From positions 357,244,001-357,308,000 of the forward strand of contig OZ024743.1 in assembly GCA_964016885.1 (NCBI GenBank): a DNA stretch of 64,000 nucleotides. Direction: 5' to 3'. A program made the translations under genes and the position numbers. The stretch comes from Eledone cirrhosa (Eukaryota). This document shows positions 33,958-49,749 of the stretch, piece by piece. The notes under the pieces are model-generated. The model made no database searches and had not been told where the DNA came from. It saw nothing but the letters and a program-made list of their open reading frames with translations. Each line of letters starts with the position of its first letter. Position 1 is the first letter of the stretch.

Positions 33958-34146
33958 AGTAAGAATATTTTCGAAACAGCGAGTGGGTTTGAAATTATAA
34001 GAAATGTAAGCTATCGCCGTATTTTGACTAAAGAAATTAAAGAAATTATTTAGCCTGATAGTGGGGTTAAGAACCCTCGGAGAAATGGAAAAAGATGAGT
34101 ATTGACGTACAATATATATATATACAATATATTATTAAATGGCAAC

Positions 34147-34471
34147 TATATTAATAAAACCATATTTATTTCATTATACATATTTCAAGGACACCAAAGC
34201 AAATTATGGTGCACTTTCATCAGATAAAATATAATATAGATCAGTTTTATAAACAAATATTGACATACCCTTAAAAGAATGCGACCATGTCTGTTGGAAG
34301 CTCCCACTATCCGGGAGCTTCCAACAGACATGGTCGCATTCTTTTAAGGGTATGTCAATATTTGTTTATAAAACTGATCTATATTATATTTTATCTGATG
34401 AAAGTGCACCATAATTTGCTTTGGTGTCCTTGAAATATGTATAATGAAATAAATATGGTTTTATTAATATA
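34147..34471. repeat. Palindrome with 159-bp arms (no mismatch seen) and a 7-nt spacer; each arm carries a hammerhead-like motif
   Basis: 34147-34305 is the reverse complement of 34313-34471; spacer ACTATCC. Confidence 0.92.
34388..34445 (+). ncRNA. Minimal type-I hammerhead ribozyme candidate (mirror copy on the minus strand at about 34173-34230)
   Basis: ATTTTAT-CTGATGA-AAGTGCACCA/TAATTTGCTT/TGGTGTCCTT-GAAA-TATG-TA-TAAT; complete catalytic boxes, paired stem II, AATAAA downstream. Confidence 0.7.
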
Positions 34472-34562
34472 TTGTATTTTTACTCCAAAAATTTGTTGAG
34501 TGCTTTATATCAGTTATAAAAATATTTTGCTTGTTGTATCCCAACAAATTAAATATAACTTC

Positions 34563-34607
<45 letters not shown>

Positions 34608-34611
<4 letters not shown>

Positions 34612-34770
34612 TCATCATCATCGTCATCACTCAATATCCATCTTCTACGCTAGCATGGGTTAGACGGGTTTGTCCCACTTGAGGCAACATTGGTTGATGA
34701 TCGTGTCTCGGTCGTATAGAACTGTATCTGGCTGTGTTTTATGGCTGGATGCCAACCACATTTACAGTGT
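34608..34770 (-). mobile_element. RTE 3'-end fragment
   Basis: (GAT)n tail plus the CTAACCCATGCTAGC and CCTCAAGTGGGAC blocks seen in family B and family A 3' UTRs. Confidence 0.7.
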
Positions 34771-35021
34771 ATATGTATAGAGAGGGAGATTAGGGTATAA
34801 TCCCGACCATGATGCCAAGCGATTTCAGCTTGTGTATTCAGTAAGCCTTTCCAAGGGACCCTTGAAAAGGTTTGCTGAACACAAGCCGAAACCGCTGGAC
34901 GCCGCAGTTGAGATTATGCTTTTCTCTATAACCACTCTGCATCTTCCCATGCATTGAGTACTCCCATAATTTGTTGTCTCCTTGGTCTCAGCATCACAGA
35001 CATATACATGCACACACTCTC

Positions 35022-35078
<57 letters not shown>

Positions 35079-35090
35079 ATATATATATAT

Positions 35091-35430
35091 GGAGGCACAT
35101 GGCTTAGTGGTTAGAGCATTGGCCTTGCAATTGAAAGGTTGTGAGTTCAATTCTCAGACCGTGTGATGTGTTGTTTCCTTGAGCAAGACACTTTATTTCA
35201 CATTGCTCCAGTTTACTCAGCTGTAGAAATGAGATGATAGGGACTAGGGCCCATATCATTCCACTGCAAAGTGGTCGTGTAGGCGCCACGGAAAAAAAAG
35301 CACCCAGCACTCACTGTAAATGAGATTGGTGTTAGGAAGGGCATCCAGCTGTAGAAATCAAGCCAGAGTCAGTTCCCATCCCACCCTTGCAAGCAGGGAA
35401 AAGGCAGACGTAAAATGAAATGATGATGAT
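35091..35430 (+). mobile_element. Composite SINE family 2 (tRNA head + CORE-like block + RTE-derived body + family C tail)
   Basis: TGGCTTAGTGG A-box, GAGTTCAATTC B-box, CCTTGAGCAAGACACTTT; 3' end CCCACCCTTGCAAGCAGGGAAAA..GACGTAAAATGA matches the end of the LINE at 39814. Confidence 0.85.
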
Positions 35431-35432
35431 AT

Positions 35433-38400
35433 ATCATCATCATCATCATCATCACCGTTTTACGTCCGTTCTTCCACGCTAGCATGGGTTAGACGGGTTG
35501 TCCTGTTGTGGGCAGTGTCTGGTCGGCTGACCATGCCTTGCTCATACAGGAACTGATCTGGCTTGATTTCTACAGCTGGATGCCCTTCCTAACACCAACC
35601 TCATTTACAGTGAGTGCTGGGTGCTTTTTCGTGGCGCCTACACGTCCACTTTACAGTGTGGGCTGGGTGCTTTTTTGCCGTGGCACCTCCACGACCACCT
35701 TGCGGTGGGGGGGGGGGGGGGGGGAATATTGTTTATATGCTTCAGCATGTACCCATGGGAGGTCGGGTACCCTGTATTACTGCGTGACGCCAGAAGTCAC
35801 GGTCGTGTGTCATTGACTTTGAGAGGTGTAGTTGGGTAAGGTCGGCTTTTATCACCTCATCCCAAGTCATCTTGGGTCTCCCCACTCCGCGGTTTCCATC
35901 AACTTCTAGTGCTCTGCACCTTTTTATGCAGCTGTCATCCTTCATACGCATCACATGTCCATACCAGCGTAACCGCCTCTCCTGCACGCAGCATTTGATT
36001 CCTCTTATGCTCAGTCTCTCTCTCAATTCATTTATGCTTTGTCGTTCACGTATATTACTGTTACACATCCATCGGAGCATGCAGGCTTAGTTTCTCTCTA
36101 ATCTACGTAAGTCTTCCACCTTCAGCGCCCAGGTCTCACTACCATGCAACATCGCTGTTCGGATACACGCATCATACAGTCTGCCTTTCATTCTGAGGGA
36201 GAAGCCTTTTGCAGCTAGCAGTGGTAGTAGTTCCCTAAACTTCTTCCATCCCGTTCTTACCCTAGTTATTGTACTTTCTGAGCACCCACCTCCGTTGCTA
36301 ATTCGGTCACCTAGGTAGCAGAAGCTGTCTACTGTTTCTACAGGGCCCTCCCAGAGATTGGTGGTACTTGTTTCCTGTGGCTGTTTGCTTGCTGTTTCAG
36401 CACAGCTGCTGCATGTGAATCCTACATTCTTAATTAAGCTTCCTGAGATCCCGCTACATCTCTTTTGTACCCATTGTTTGCATTTGGGGCAAAGAATGGA
36501 GTTCCTACCTACACCTTTCCTACATACTGAGCAAGGCCATTTCCCTGAGGGGATCTGGGTTCTGTTTTCTCGTCTACTTATAAGGACCTTAGTCTTTGTC
36601 ATGTTGACTTTGAGGCCCTTTCTCTCTAGTCCCTGCTTCCAGGTTTGGAATTTATTCTCTAGTTCTACCATAGATTCAGCTATGAGTGCGAGGTCATCAG
36701 CATACAGGAGTTCCCATGGGCATCCGGTCTTAAACTCCTCCGTTATTGCCTGCAGGACTATGATGAACAGGAGAGGGCTAAGAACAGAGCCCTGGTGGAC
36801 CCCAACCTGTACGCTAAATTCCTCGCTATACTCATTGCCAATCCTAACTTTGCTGACTGCTCCCCTATACATGGCTTGTACCGCTTTCACAAGCCATTCA
36901 TCTACTCCTAGTTTTCTAAGAGCCCACCAGATTACTGCACGTGGAACTCTGTCAAAGGCTTTCTCAAGGTCGACAAATGCCAAGTAGAGTGGCTTACTTT
37001 TAGCTAGGTACTTTTCCTGTAATTGCCTCACAAGGAAGAGCGCATCAGTGGTGCCTTTCCCTGGTACAAACCCAAATTGCATCTCGTCTATATTCACCCG
37101 GTCCCTAATCAGCTGTGCTATAACTCTTTCTGTTACTTTCATGACCTGGTCCATCAACTTTATACCTCTATAGTTTCCTCTATCTAGTGCATCGCCTTTA
37201 CCTTTGTAGCAGTTGACAATGATGCTACTGCACCAATCTTTTGGTATGGCCCCCTCTAGTATTACCTGGTTAACGATACGTGTGGTTATAGTGTGACCTA
37301 CAGACCCAGATGCCTTCAGCATCTCGGCAGCTATACCCGATGGACCGGTTGCCTTCCCTATCTTCATATCTCTGATTGCCTTACTTACTACGCTGCCGCT
37401 GACTTGTACTGCTGGTCCCTCTATAGGGTCTACGTGGGGTAGGGTCTCTTCTTCCCATGCATTCTCCTCATTTAGTAATCTATCATAATGACTCTTCCAT
37501 GCATCTTTCTTCTCAGCACTTGTGAGGGCAAGCTCACCTTTATCATTCCGGATACACTTCTCTCCAATGACATCACAACTATCTCTGACACACTGCCTCG
37601 CAATCTTGAATACCTCCTGTTTCTGGTCCTCACGTTGTAAAACATGCTTGAATTTTCTATCCTCTGCTTCCCTCCTAGCTAAGTATACTTGTCGCCTAGC
37701 TTCCCTCTTGGTCTCTATGTAATGTACCCTGCTCCCCCCGTTCTTCCATTCTTTCCATGCCTGTCTCTTGGCCTTGACTGCTTCATCTACCTTATTGTTC
37801 CACCACCAAGTCACTCTCCTCCTGCTTGAGGTCTTACTCCAGCCACAAACCTCATCCGTCGCCTCTAGTAAGTTATTTTTTAGGAACTCCCAGTTCTCTT
37901 CTACGTTAAATGTCACTATCTGTTCTTCTTTACTGTCGTAGGCGTTGAGTAAAATATCTTTAAATCTGTTACTGGTTGAGGGGACTTTCAGCTTCCAGAT
38001 CTTTCTTCTCCAGGTTGGCCTCTGTTTCAGGGCTCGTCTAGTTCTGACCGTGAGGTCGCTGACAACTAAGCTATGTTGGGATGTACATTCCTCACTAGGG
38101 AAGGCTTTTGTGTTTACGACCGTCCATCTGTCACGTCCTCTGATGAGGATAAAATCTAACTGACTAGAGTGCTCCCCTGATCTATAGGTGATCAGGTGGT
38201 TGTCGGGTTTTTTAAAGTTTGTGTTACATATCGACATGTCATTGGCGTCGCAGAATTCTAGAAGTCTGAATCCTTCCTCATTCCTTGTGCCAACTCCATG
38301 GCCTCCATGTACTCTATTGAAGCCGTCGCAGTGTTTACCTACGTGTCCGTTAAAATCTCCTGCAATGATTAGGAAGTCCTTGTCGTCTGTTAGAGCAGTA

Positions 38401-38771
38401 GTGTGTATTAGGGACTCGTAAAACCTATCCTTAAGTTCGTCTGGCAGCCCCGATTGGGGTGCGTAAGCTGATATTATTGTGGTAATTGTCTTATTCAGGA
38501 CTAGTCTGAGTTTAATGATTCTTGCATTTACCCTGTACACTGAGATTACTTTATCTACCCACTTGTCAGCTAATAGTATACCTACACCACCCATCCCATC
38601 GTCATTTCCCACCCAGAAAAATTTGTAGCACTGGCTTTTTCCTACAAGGACTCTAGCAGACCCTCCTCTCCATCTAGTCTCTTGCACACAGCATACATCA
38701 ACTTCCTTTCGCTCTAGCATTTCTACGATTTCTCCTGCTCTTCCTTTCATTGAGCCTACATTGATGGTACC
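35433..38771 (-). mobile_element. RTE LINE family B, near full-length, one in-frame TAA at 36087-36089
   Basis: Open frame from GTINVGSM through the endonuclease, RT (YADD) and Cys finger; the frame continues after the stop (35742-36080); (GAT)n tail. Confidence 0.95.
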
Positions 38772-38799
38772 ATATATATATATATATATATATATGTAC

Positions 38800-38842
<43 letters not shown>

Positions 38843-38847
38843 TATAC

Positions 38848-38915
<68 letters not shown>

Positions 38916-38944
38916 GTATATGTATATATACATATATATATATG

Positions 38945-38997
<53 letters not shown>

Positions 38998-39047
38998 TCT
39001 GAATTCGTTTAGCAAGATTCTTTATCTGAAGACGTGTGTTGAAACCG

Positions 39048-39507
39048 ATATTGTTATGCTTTGGGAGGGTCATGTTGCCAATGAGAAACACATGCACCAG
39101 TTGCTTTCACTTCAATTTATTATAATAAATTTAGGAATTTATAAATTTCCGGTTGGTTGGTTGGTTCCACAACCGGATGGTTGTTTATATATTGTCAAAG
39201 TTCTTTCGTCACACATTCAGTAACTGTACCTCTTCAGTTACTGTACACACACAAAAACAAGATGGCCTAGGACAGAACAAAGGAGAGGCACAAAAACAAA
39301 GAAAAGAATCCCCAGTAGCTGAAGAGGTCACAGAATATGTGACGAAAGAACTTTGACAATATATAAACAACTATCCGGTTGTGGAACCAACCAACCAACC
39401 AACCGGAAATTTATAAATTCCTAAATTTATTATAATAAATTGAAGCGAAAGCAACTGGTGCATGTGTTTCTCATTGGCAGCATGACCTTCCCAAAGTATA
39501 ACAATAT
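39048..39507. repeat. Imperfect inverted repeat (~195-bp arms, ~70-bp spacer) with hammerhead-like motifs, TA-flanked
   Basis: 39048-39243 is largely the reverse complement of 39313-39507. Confidence 0.9.
39313..39357 (+). ncRNA. Minimal hammerhead ribozyme candidate (rearranged mirror copy at about 39193-39243, minus strand)
   Basis: CTGAAGA-G-GTCACA/GAATA/TGTGAC-GAAA-GAAC-TT; perfect 6-bp stem II, quasi-palindromic stem III (AAAGAACTTT), weak stem I. Confidence 0.65.
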
Positions 39508-39510
39508 ATG

Positions 39511-39541
<31 letters not shown>

Positions 39542-39544
39542 GTA

Positions 39545-39639
<95 letters not shown>

Positions 39640-39692
39640 GTATATGTATATATATGTATATATATGTATATGTATGTATATGTATATATATG

Positions 39693-44225
<4,533 letters not shown>

Positions 44226-44294
44226 AATGAAAAGTATAGAAATTGTTGTAGCGAGAAGCTAACAGTATTCCATAACATGTATATATATATATGT

Positions 44295-45624
44295 ATCATC
44301 ATCATCATCATCATCATCATCAACGTTTAACGTCCGTGTTCCACGCTTGCGTGGGTTTGGACAGGGGTAGTCCCGGACAGGGGTAGTCCCACTTGAGGCA
44401 AGAGTGATTGTCTTGCTCGCATAGGACTGTCTGGCAGGTTTTCTACAGTTGGATGCCCTTCCTAACACCAACCACATTTACAGTGTGGGTCTGGGAGGTT
44501 TTTACCGTGCTGCCTACACGGCCATATTACAGCGTGGACTGTGTGTTTTTTTGTCGTGACACCTACACGATCTCATTTGTTTCGGCCTGGATGGCGCGGC
44601 ACCAACATAACTTTACATAGAACGGGGTGGTGTGGATGGGGTGGGGGTGGTGGTGTTGGGACGGGGTGTATTTTGTTAGAGATGCCTACTGGCTGTAGTA
44701 GGTTTTACTATGTATTTAGGTAAGGCGGGTCTTCTCTGTTACTGAGTACCACCAAAGGTCTCGGTCCAGTGACATTGTCTTGGAGAGGTGTAAGTGTGTG
44801 AGGTCGGAGTTTATCAGCTCGTCCCAGGTTTTTCTAGGTCTGCCTATTCCGTGGCTACCGTCTATCTTTATTGCCCTGCACTTTGTTATACAGCTATCGA
44901 CTTCATGCGCATCACGTGTCCATACCAACGTAGCCTTCTCTCGAGTAAACAACATCTGATCCCTCTTATTTCTCATTTTTTCCTTAGTTCATTTATGCTT
45001 TGCCGTTCACGTATATTACTGTTACACATACAGCGGAGCATGCAAGCTTCGTTCCTCTCTAGTCTGCGTATATCCTCTGCACACAATGCCCAGGTCTCAC
45101 TGCCATGCAACATTGCTGTTCGTATGCAGGCATCGTACAACCTGCCTTTCATTTTTAGTGAGAACCCTTTAGCAGCTAATAGTGGTATAAGCTCTCTGAA
45201 CTTTTTCCAACCAGTTCTGACTCTAGCTACTGTACTTTCAGAGCACCCTCCCCCACTGCTGATTTTATCGCCCAGGTAACGGAAGCTGTCGACTATTTCT
45301 ATAGAACCCTCTGCGCAATTGAAAGAGCTAGTATTTTGTGGCAACTTGCTGCTACTTATTGCACCAGAGCACCGGCCACATGTAAAATCTATGTTCTTAG
45401 TTAGCTTACCTGTGATCCCACTACATCTTTTATGCACCCATACTTTGCATTTAGGACATAAAATGGAGTTTCTACCTATGCCTTTCCTACACACCGAGCA
45501 CGACCATTTCCCAGAAGGGACCGCCGCCTTCTTTTCTTTCCTATAAACTAGAACTTTAGTCTTAGCCAGGTTAATTTTAAGTCCTTTTGATTCTAGGCCG
45601 TGCTTCCATGTTTGGAATTTCTTC

Positions 45625-45627
<3 letters not shown>
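44295..45627 (-). mobile_element. RTE LINE family A, 5'-truncated, small frameshifts
   Basis: Family A peptide from [10 protein letters not shown] onward; (GAT)n tail; 16-bp tandem duplication in the 3' UTR near 44359-44390. Confidence 0.95.
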
Positions 45628-45655
<28 letters not shown>

Positions 45656-45662
45656 GATTATG

Positions 45663-45695
<33 letters not shown>

Positions 45696-45834
45696 GTATA
45701 TATATATATATGTATATATATATATGTATATGTATATATATGTATATGTATATATATGTATATATATATGTATATATATAAATATGTATGTATATATATA
45801 TATGTATATATATATGTATATATATATGTATATA

Positions 45835-45919
<85 letters not shown>

Positions 45920-45980
45920 GTATATATATATATATGTGTATATATATATGTATATATATATATATGTATATATATATATG

Positions 45981-46129
<149 letters not shown>

Positions 46130-46164
46130 ATATATACATATATATATATGTGTATATATATATG

Positions 46165-46231
<67 letters not shown>

Positions 46232-46244
46232 GTATATATATATG

Positions 46245-46275
<31 letters not shown>

Positions 46276-46288
46276 GTATATATATATG

Positions 46289-46319
<31 letters not shown>

Positions 46320-46376
46320 GTATATGTGTATATATATATGTATATATATATATATGTATATGTGTATATATATATG

Positions 46377-46430
<54 letters not shown>

Positions 46431-46587
46431 TGTATATAACTATATATATATATATATGTATATAACTATATATATATATATATGTACATATATATATATA
46501 TATATATATGTACATATATATATATATATATATATATGTACATATATATATATATATATGTACATATATATATATATATATATGTAC

Positions 46588-46621
<34 letters not shown>

Positions 46622-46625
46622 CTAT

Positions 46626-46663
<38 letters not shown>

Positions 46664-46669
46664 ATATAT

Positions 46670-48337
46670 ATCATCATCATCATCATCAACGTTTAACGTC
46701 CGTGTTCCACGCTTGCATGGGTTTGGACGGGGGTAGTCCCACTTGAGGCAAGAGTGATTGTCTTGCTCGCATAGGACTGTCTGGCAGGTTTTCTACAGTT
46801 GGATGCCCTTCCTAACACCAACCACATTTACAGTGTGGGTCTGGGAGGTTTTTACCGTGTTGCCTACACGGCCACATTACAGCGTGGACTGTGTGTTTTT
46901 TTGTCGTGACACCTACACGATCTCATTTGTTTCGGCCTCGATGGCGCGGCACCAACATAACTTTACATAGAACGGGGTGGTGTGGATCGGGTGGGGGTGG
47001 GGGTGGTGGGACGGGGTGTATTTTGTTAGAGATGCCTACTGGCTGGAGTAGGTTTTACTATATATTTAGGTAAGGCGGGTCTTCTCTGTTACTGAGTACC
47101 GCCAAAGGTCTCGGTCCAGTGACATTGTCTTGGAGAGGTGTAAGTGTGTGATGTCGGAGTTTATCAGCTCGTCCCAGGTTTTTCTAGGTCTGCCTATTCC
47201 GTGACTACCGTCTATCTTTATTGCCCTGCACTTTGTTATACAGCTATCGACTTTCATGCGCATCACGTGTCCATACCAACGTAGCCTTCTCTCGAGTAAA
47301 CAACATCTGATCCCTCTTATCTCTAATTTATTCCTTAGTTCGTTTATGCTTTGCCGTTCACGTATATTACTGTTACACATCCAGCGGAGCATGCAAGCTT
47401 CGTTCCTCTCTAGTCTGCGTATATCCTCTGCACACAATGCCCAGGTCTCACTGCCATGCAGCATTGCTGTTCGTATGCAGGCATCGTACAACCTGCCTTT
47501 CATTTTTAGTGAGAACCCTTTAGCAGCTAATAGTGGTATAAGCTCTCTGAACTTTTTCCAACCAGTTCTGACTCTAGCTACAGTACTTTCAGAGCACCCT
47601 CCCCCACTGCTGATTTTATCGCCCAGGTAACGGAAGCTGTCCACTATTTCTATAGAACCCTCTGCGCAATTGAAAGAGCTAGTAGTTTGTGGGCACTTGC
47701 TGCTACTTATTGCACCAGAGCACCGGCCACATGTAAAATCTATGTTCTTAGTTAGCTTACCTGTGATCCCACTACATCTTTTATGCACCCATACTTTGCA
47801 TTTAGGACATAAAATGGAGTTTCTACCTACGCCTTTCCTACACACCGAGCACGACCATTTCCCCGAAGGGACCGCCGCCTTGTTTTCTTTCCTACAAACT
47901 AGTACTTTGGTCTTAGCCAGGTTAATTTTAAGTCCTTTTGACTCTAGGCCGTGCTTCCATGTTTGGAATTTCTTCTCTAGCTCGGCCATTGATTCCGCTA
48001 TGAGTGTCAGGTCGTCTGCGTATAGGAGTTCCCATGGGCAGCCTGTCTTGAACTCCTCTGTTATAGCCTGAAGGGCAATAATAAATAGTAGTGGACTGAG
48101 AACAGAGCCCTGATGGACGCCGACTTTTACGCTAAACTCTTCACTATATTCGTTGTTAATTCTAACCTTGCTGACTGTTTCTTTATACATGGCTTGTATA
48201 GCCCTCACAAGCCATTCGTCAACGCCTAGTTTTCTAAGAGCCCACCAGATAATGGAGCGGGGGACTCTGTCGAAGGCTTTCTCCAAGTCGACAAAAGCTA
48301 AGTAGAGGGGTTTACCTTTAGCTAGGTACTTCTCCTG

Positions 48338-48339
<2 letters not shown>
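46670..48339 (-). mobile_element. RTE LINE family A, 5'-truncated at QEKYLAK
   Basis: Open frame 47066-48339; (GAT)n tail. Confidence 0.95.
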
Positions 48340-48372
<33 letters not shown>

Positions 48373-48455
48373 GTACATATATATGTATATATATATATAT
48401 GTACATATATATATATATATATATATATGTACATATATATATATGTATATATATA

Positions 48456-48486
<31 letters not shown>

Positions 48487-48529
48487 GTGTATATATATAT
48501 ATATATATGTACATATATATATATATATA

Positions 48530-48574
<45 letters not shown>

Positions 48575-48599
48575 GTATATGTGTATATATATATGTATA

Positions 48600-48767
48600 T
48601 ACTCTTTTACTCTTTTACCTGTTTCAGCCATCCGGCTGAGGCCATGCTGGGGCACTTACGATCATAACATTGTGGGTTCGATTCCTGGGTTGTGTGTTGT
48701 GTTCTTGAGCAAAACACTTTATTTCACATTGCCCCAGTATACTCAGCTGAAAATGAGTCCCAGCAAT
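48600..48767. mobile_element. Rearranged SINE pieces: an inverted tail (48600-48656, -) joined to a + strand SINE body
   Basis: 48657-48767 matches 49074-49181; 48600-48656 resembles the reverse complement of the tail at about 9775-9820. Confidence 0.6.
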
Positions 48768-48806
<39 letters not shown>

Positions 48807-49036
48807 CATATATATATATACATATATATATATATATGCAAATACATATGGCATATTATTGTTGTTTACCATTGTCATCTTTGTAATATCCCCTCATCCA
48901 TCACCTTTCATCATCATCATCATCATGTGTTTTCTCTGAGTCAAATAATGAAGATCATTATGATTATTATTACTATTATATAGTGGTGGACTGGCAGAAT
49001 CATAAGAGCATCACATGAAAGGCATTGCAGTATTGT

Positions 49037-49300
49037 GGAGGCGTGTGGCCTAGTGGTAAGGGTGTTGAACATACGATTATAACATTGTGGGTTCGATTCC
49101 TGGGCTGTGTGTTGTGTTCTTGAGCAAAACACTTTATTTCACGTTGCCCCAGTATACTCAGCTGAAAATGAGTCCCAGCAATAGCTGGAGGTTTAACCCT
49201 GCGATGGACTGGTGTCCTGTCCAGTGGGGAGTCTTGTACTCTCAGTCGCTTCACACTATGAAACCGGGATATGCACCGGCCTAATGAGCCTTCTGGCTTA
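49037..49300 (+). mobile_element. tRNA-derived SINE with CORE-like and V-domain-like blocks
   Basis: TGGCCTAGTGG A-box, GGTTCGATTCC B-box, TTCTTGAGCAAAACACTTT, CCCTGCGATGGACTGGTGTCCTGTCCAG. Confidence 0.75.
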
Positions 49301-49749
49301 AGACAGACTTTAGATCTCTGCATTTTGGTTTCAAATCCAATTGAGATCAACTTTGCCTTTCTCCAGTTAACTACTGAACTGAATTTAATCATCTTTCCCT
49401 TTCCTCAAATAGCCAGCCTTATGACTAAATTAGAAACCATCATAGCTGAAATATATAGTTGAATTCACTTTGAATTCACTCTTTTTTTTTTTTTGATAGG
49501 GGGATACTTGAGTGAAGTAATGATTTGAGAATAGCTACTACTGTACCCAGGCCATACCTGAGATGGGTGGTGGGCACTGCACCAGGTGGGATAATTGGAA
49601 TAGAATTACAATTTTGTGTGTGGAGGGGGAGTACTTGCTTGAAGTTTTGGTTCCTTTACTCTGTTCTGTTACTCTGTTCAAGTACATCATGTACATTTAT
49701 ATACTTGTAGCACATACATACATCAATGTATTAACAGCTATCCCAGCCC

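Noticed and set aside
35091-36740. Segmental duplication of SINE + LINE B with 55305-56940
   Set aside because: The SINE has opposite orientation relative to the LINE at the two sites and the flanks differ, so independent insertions are more likely.
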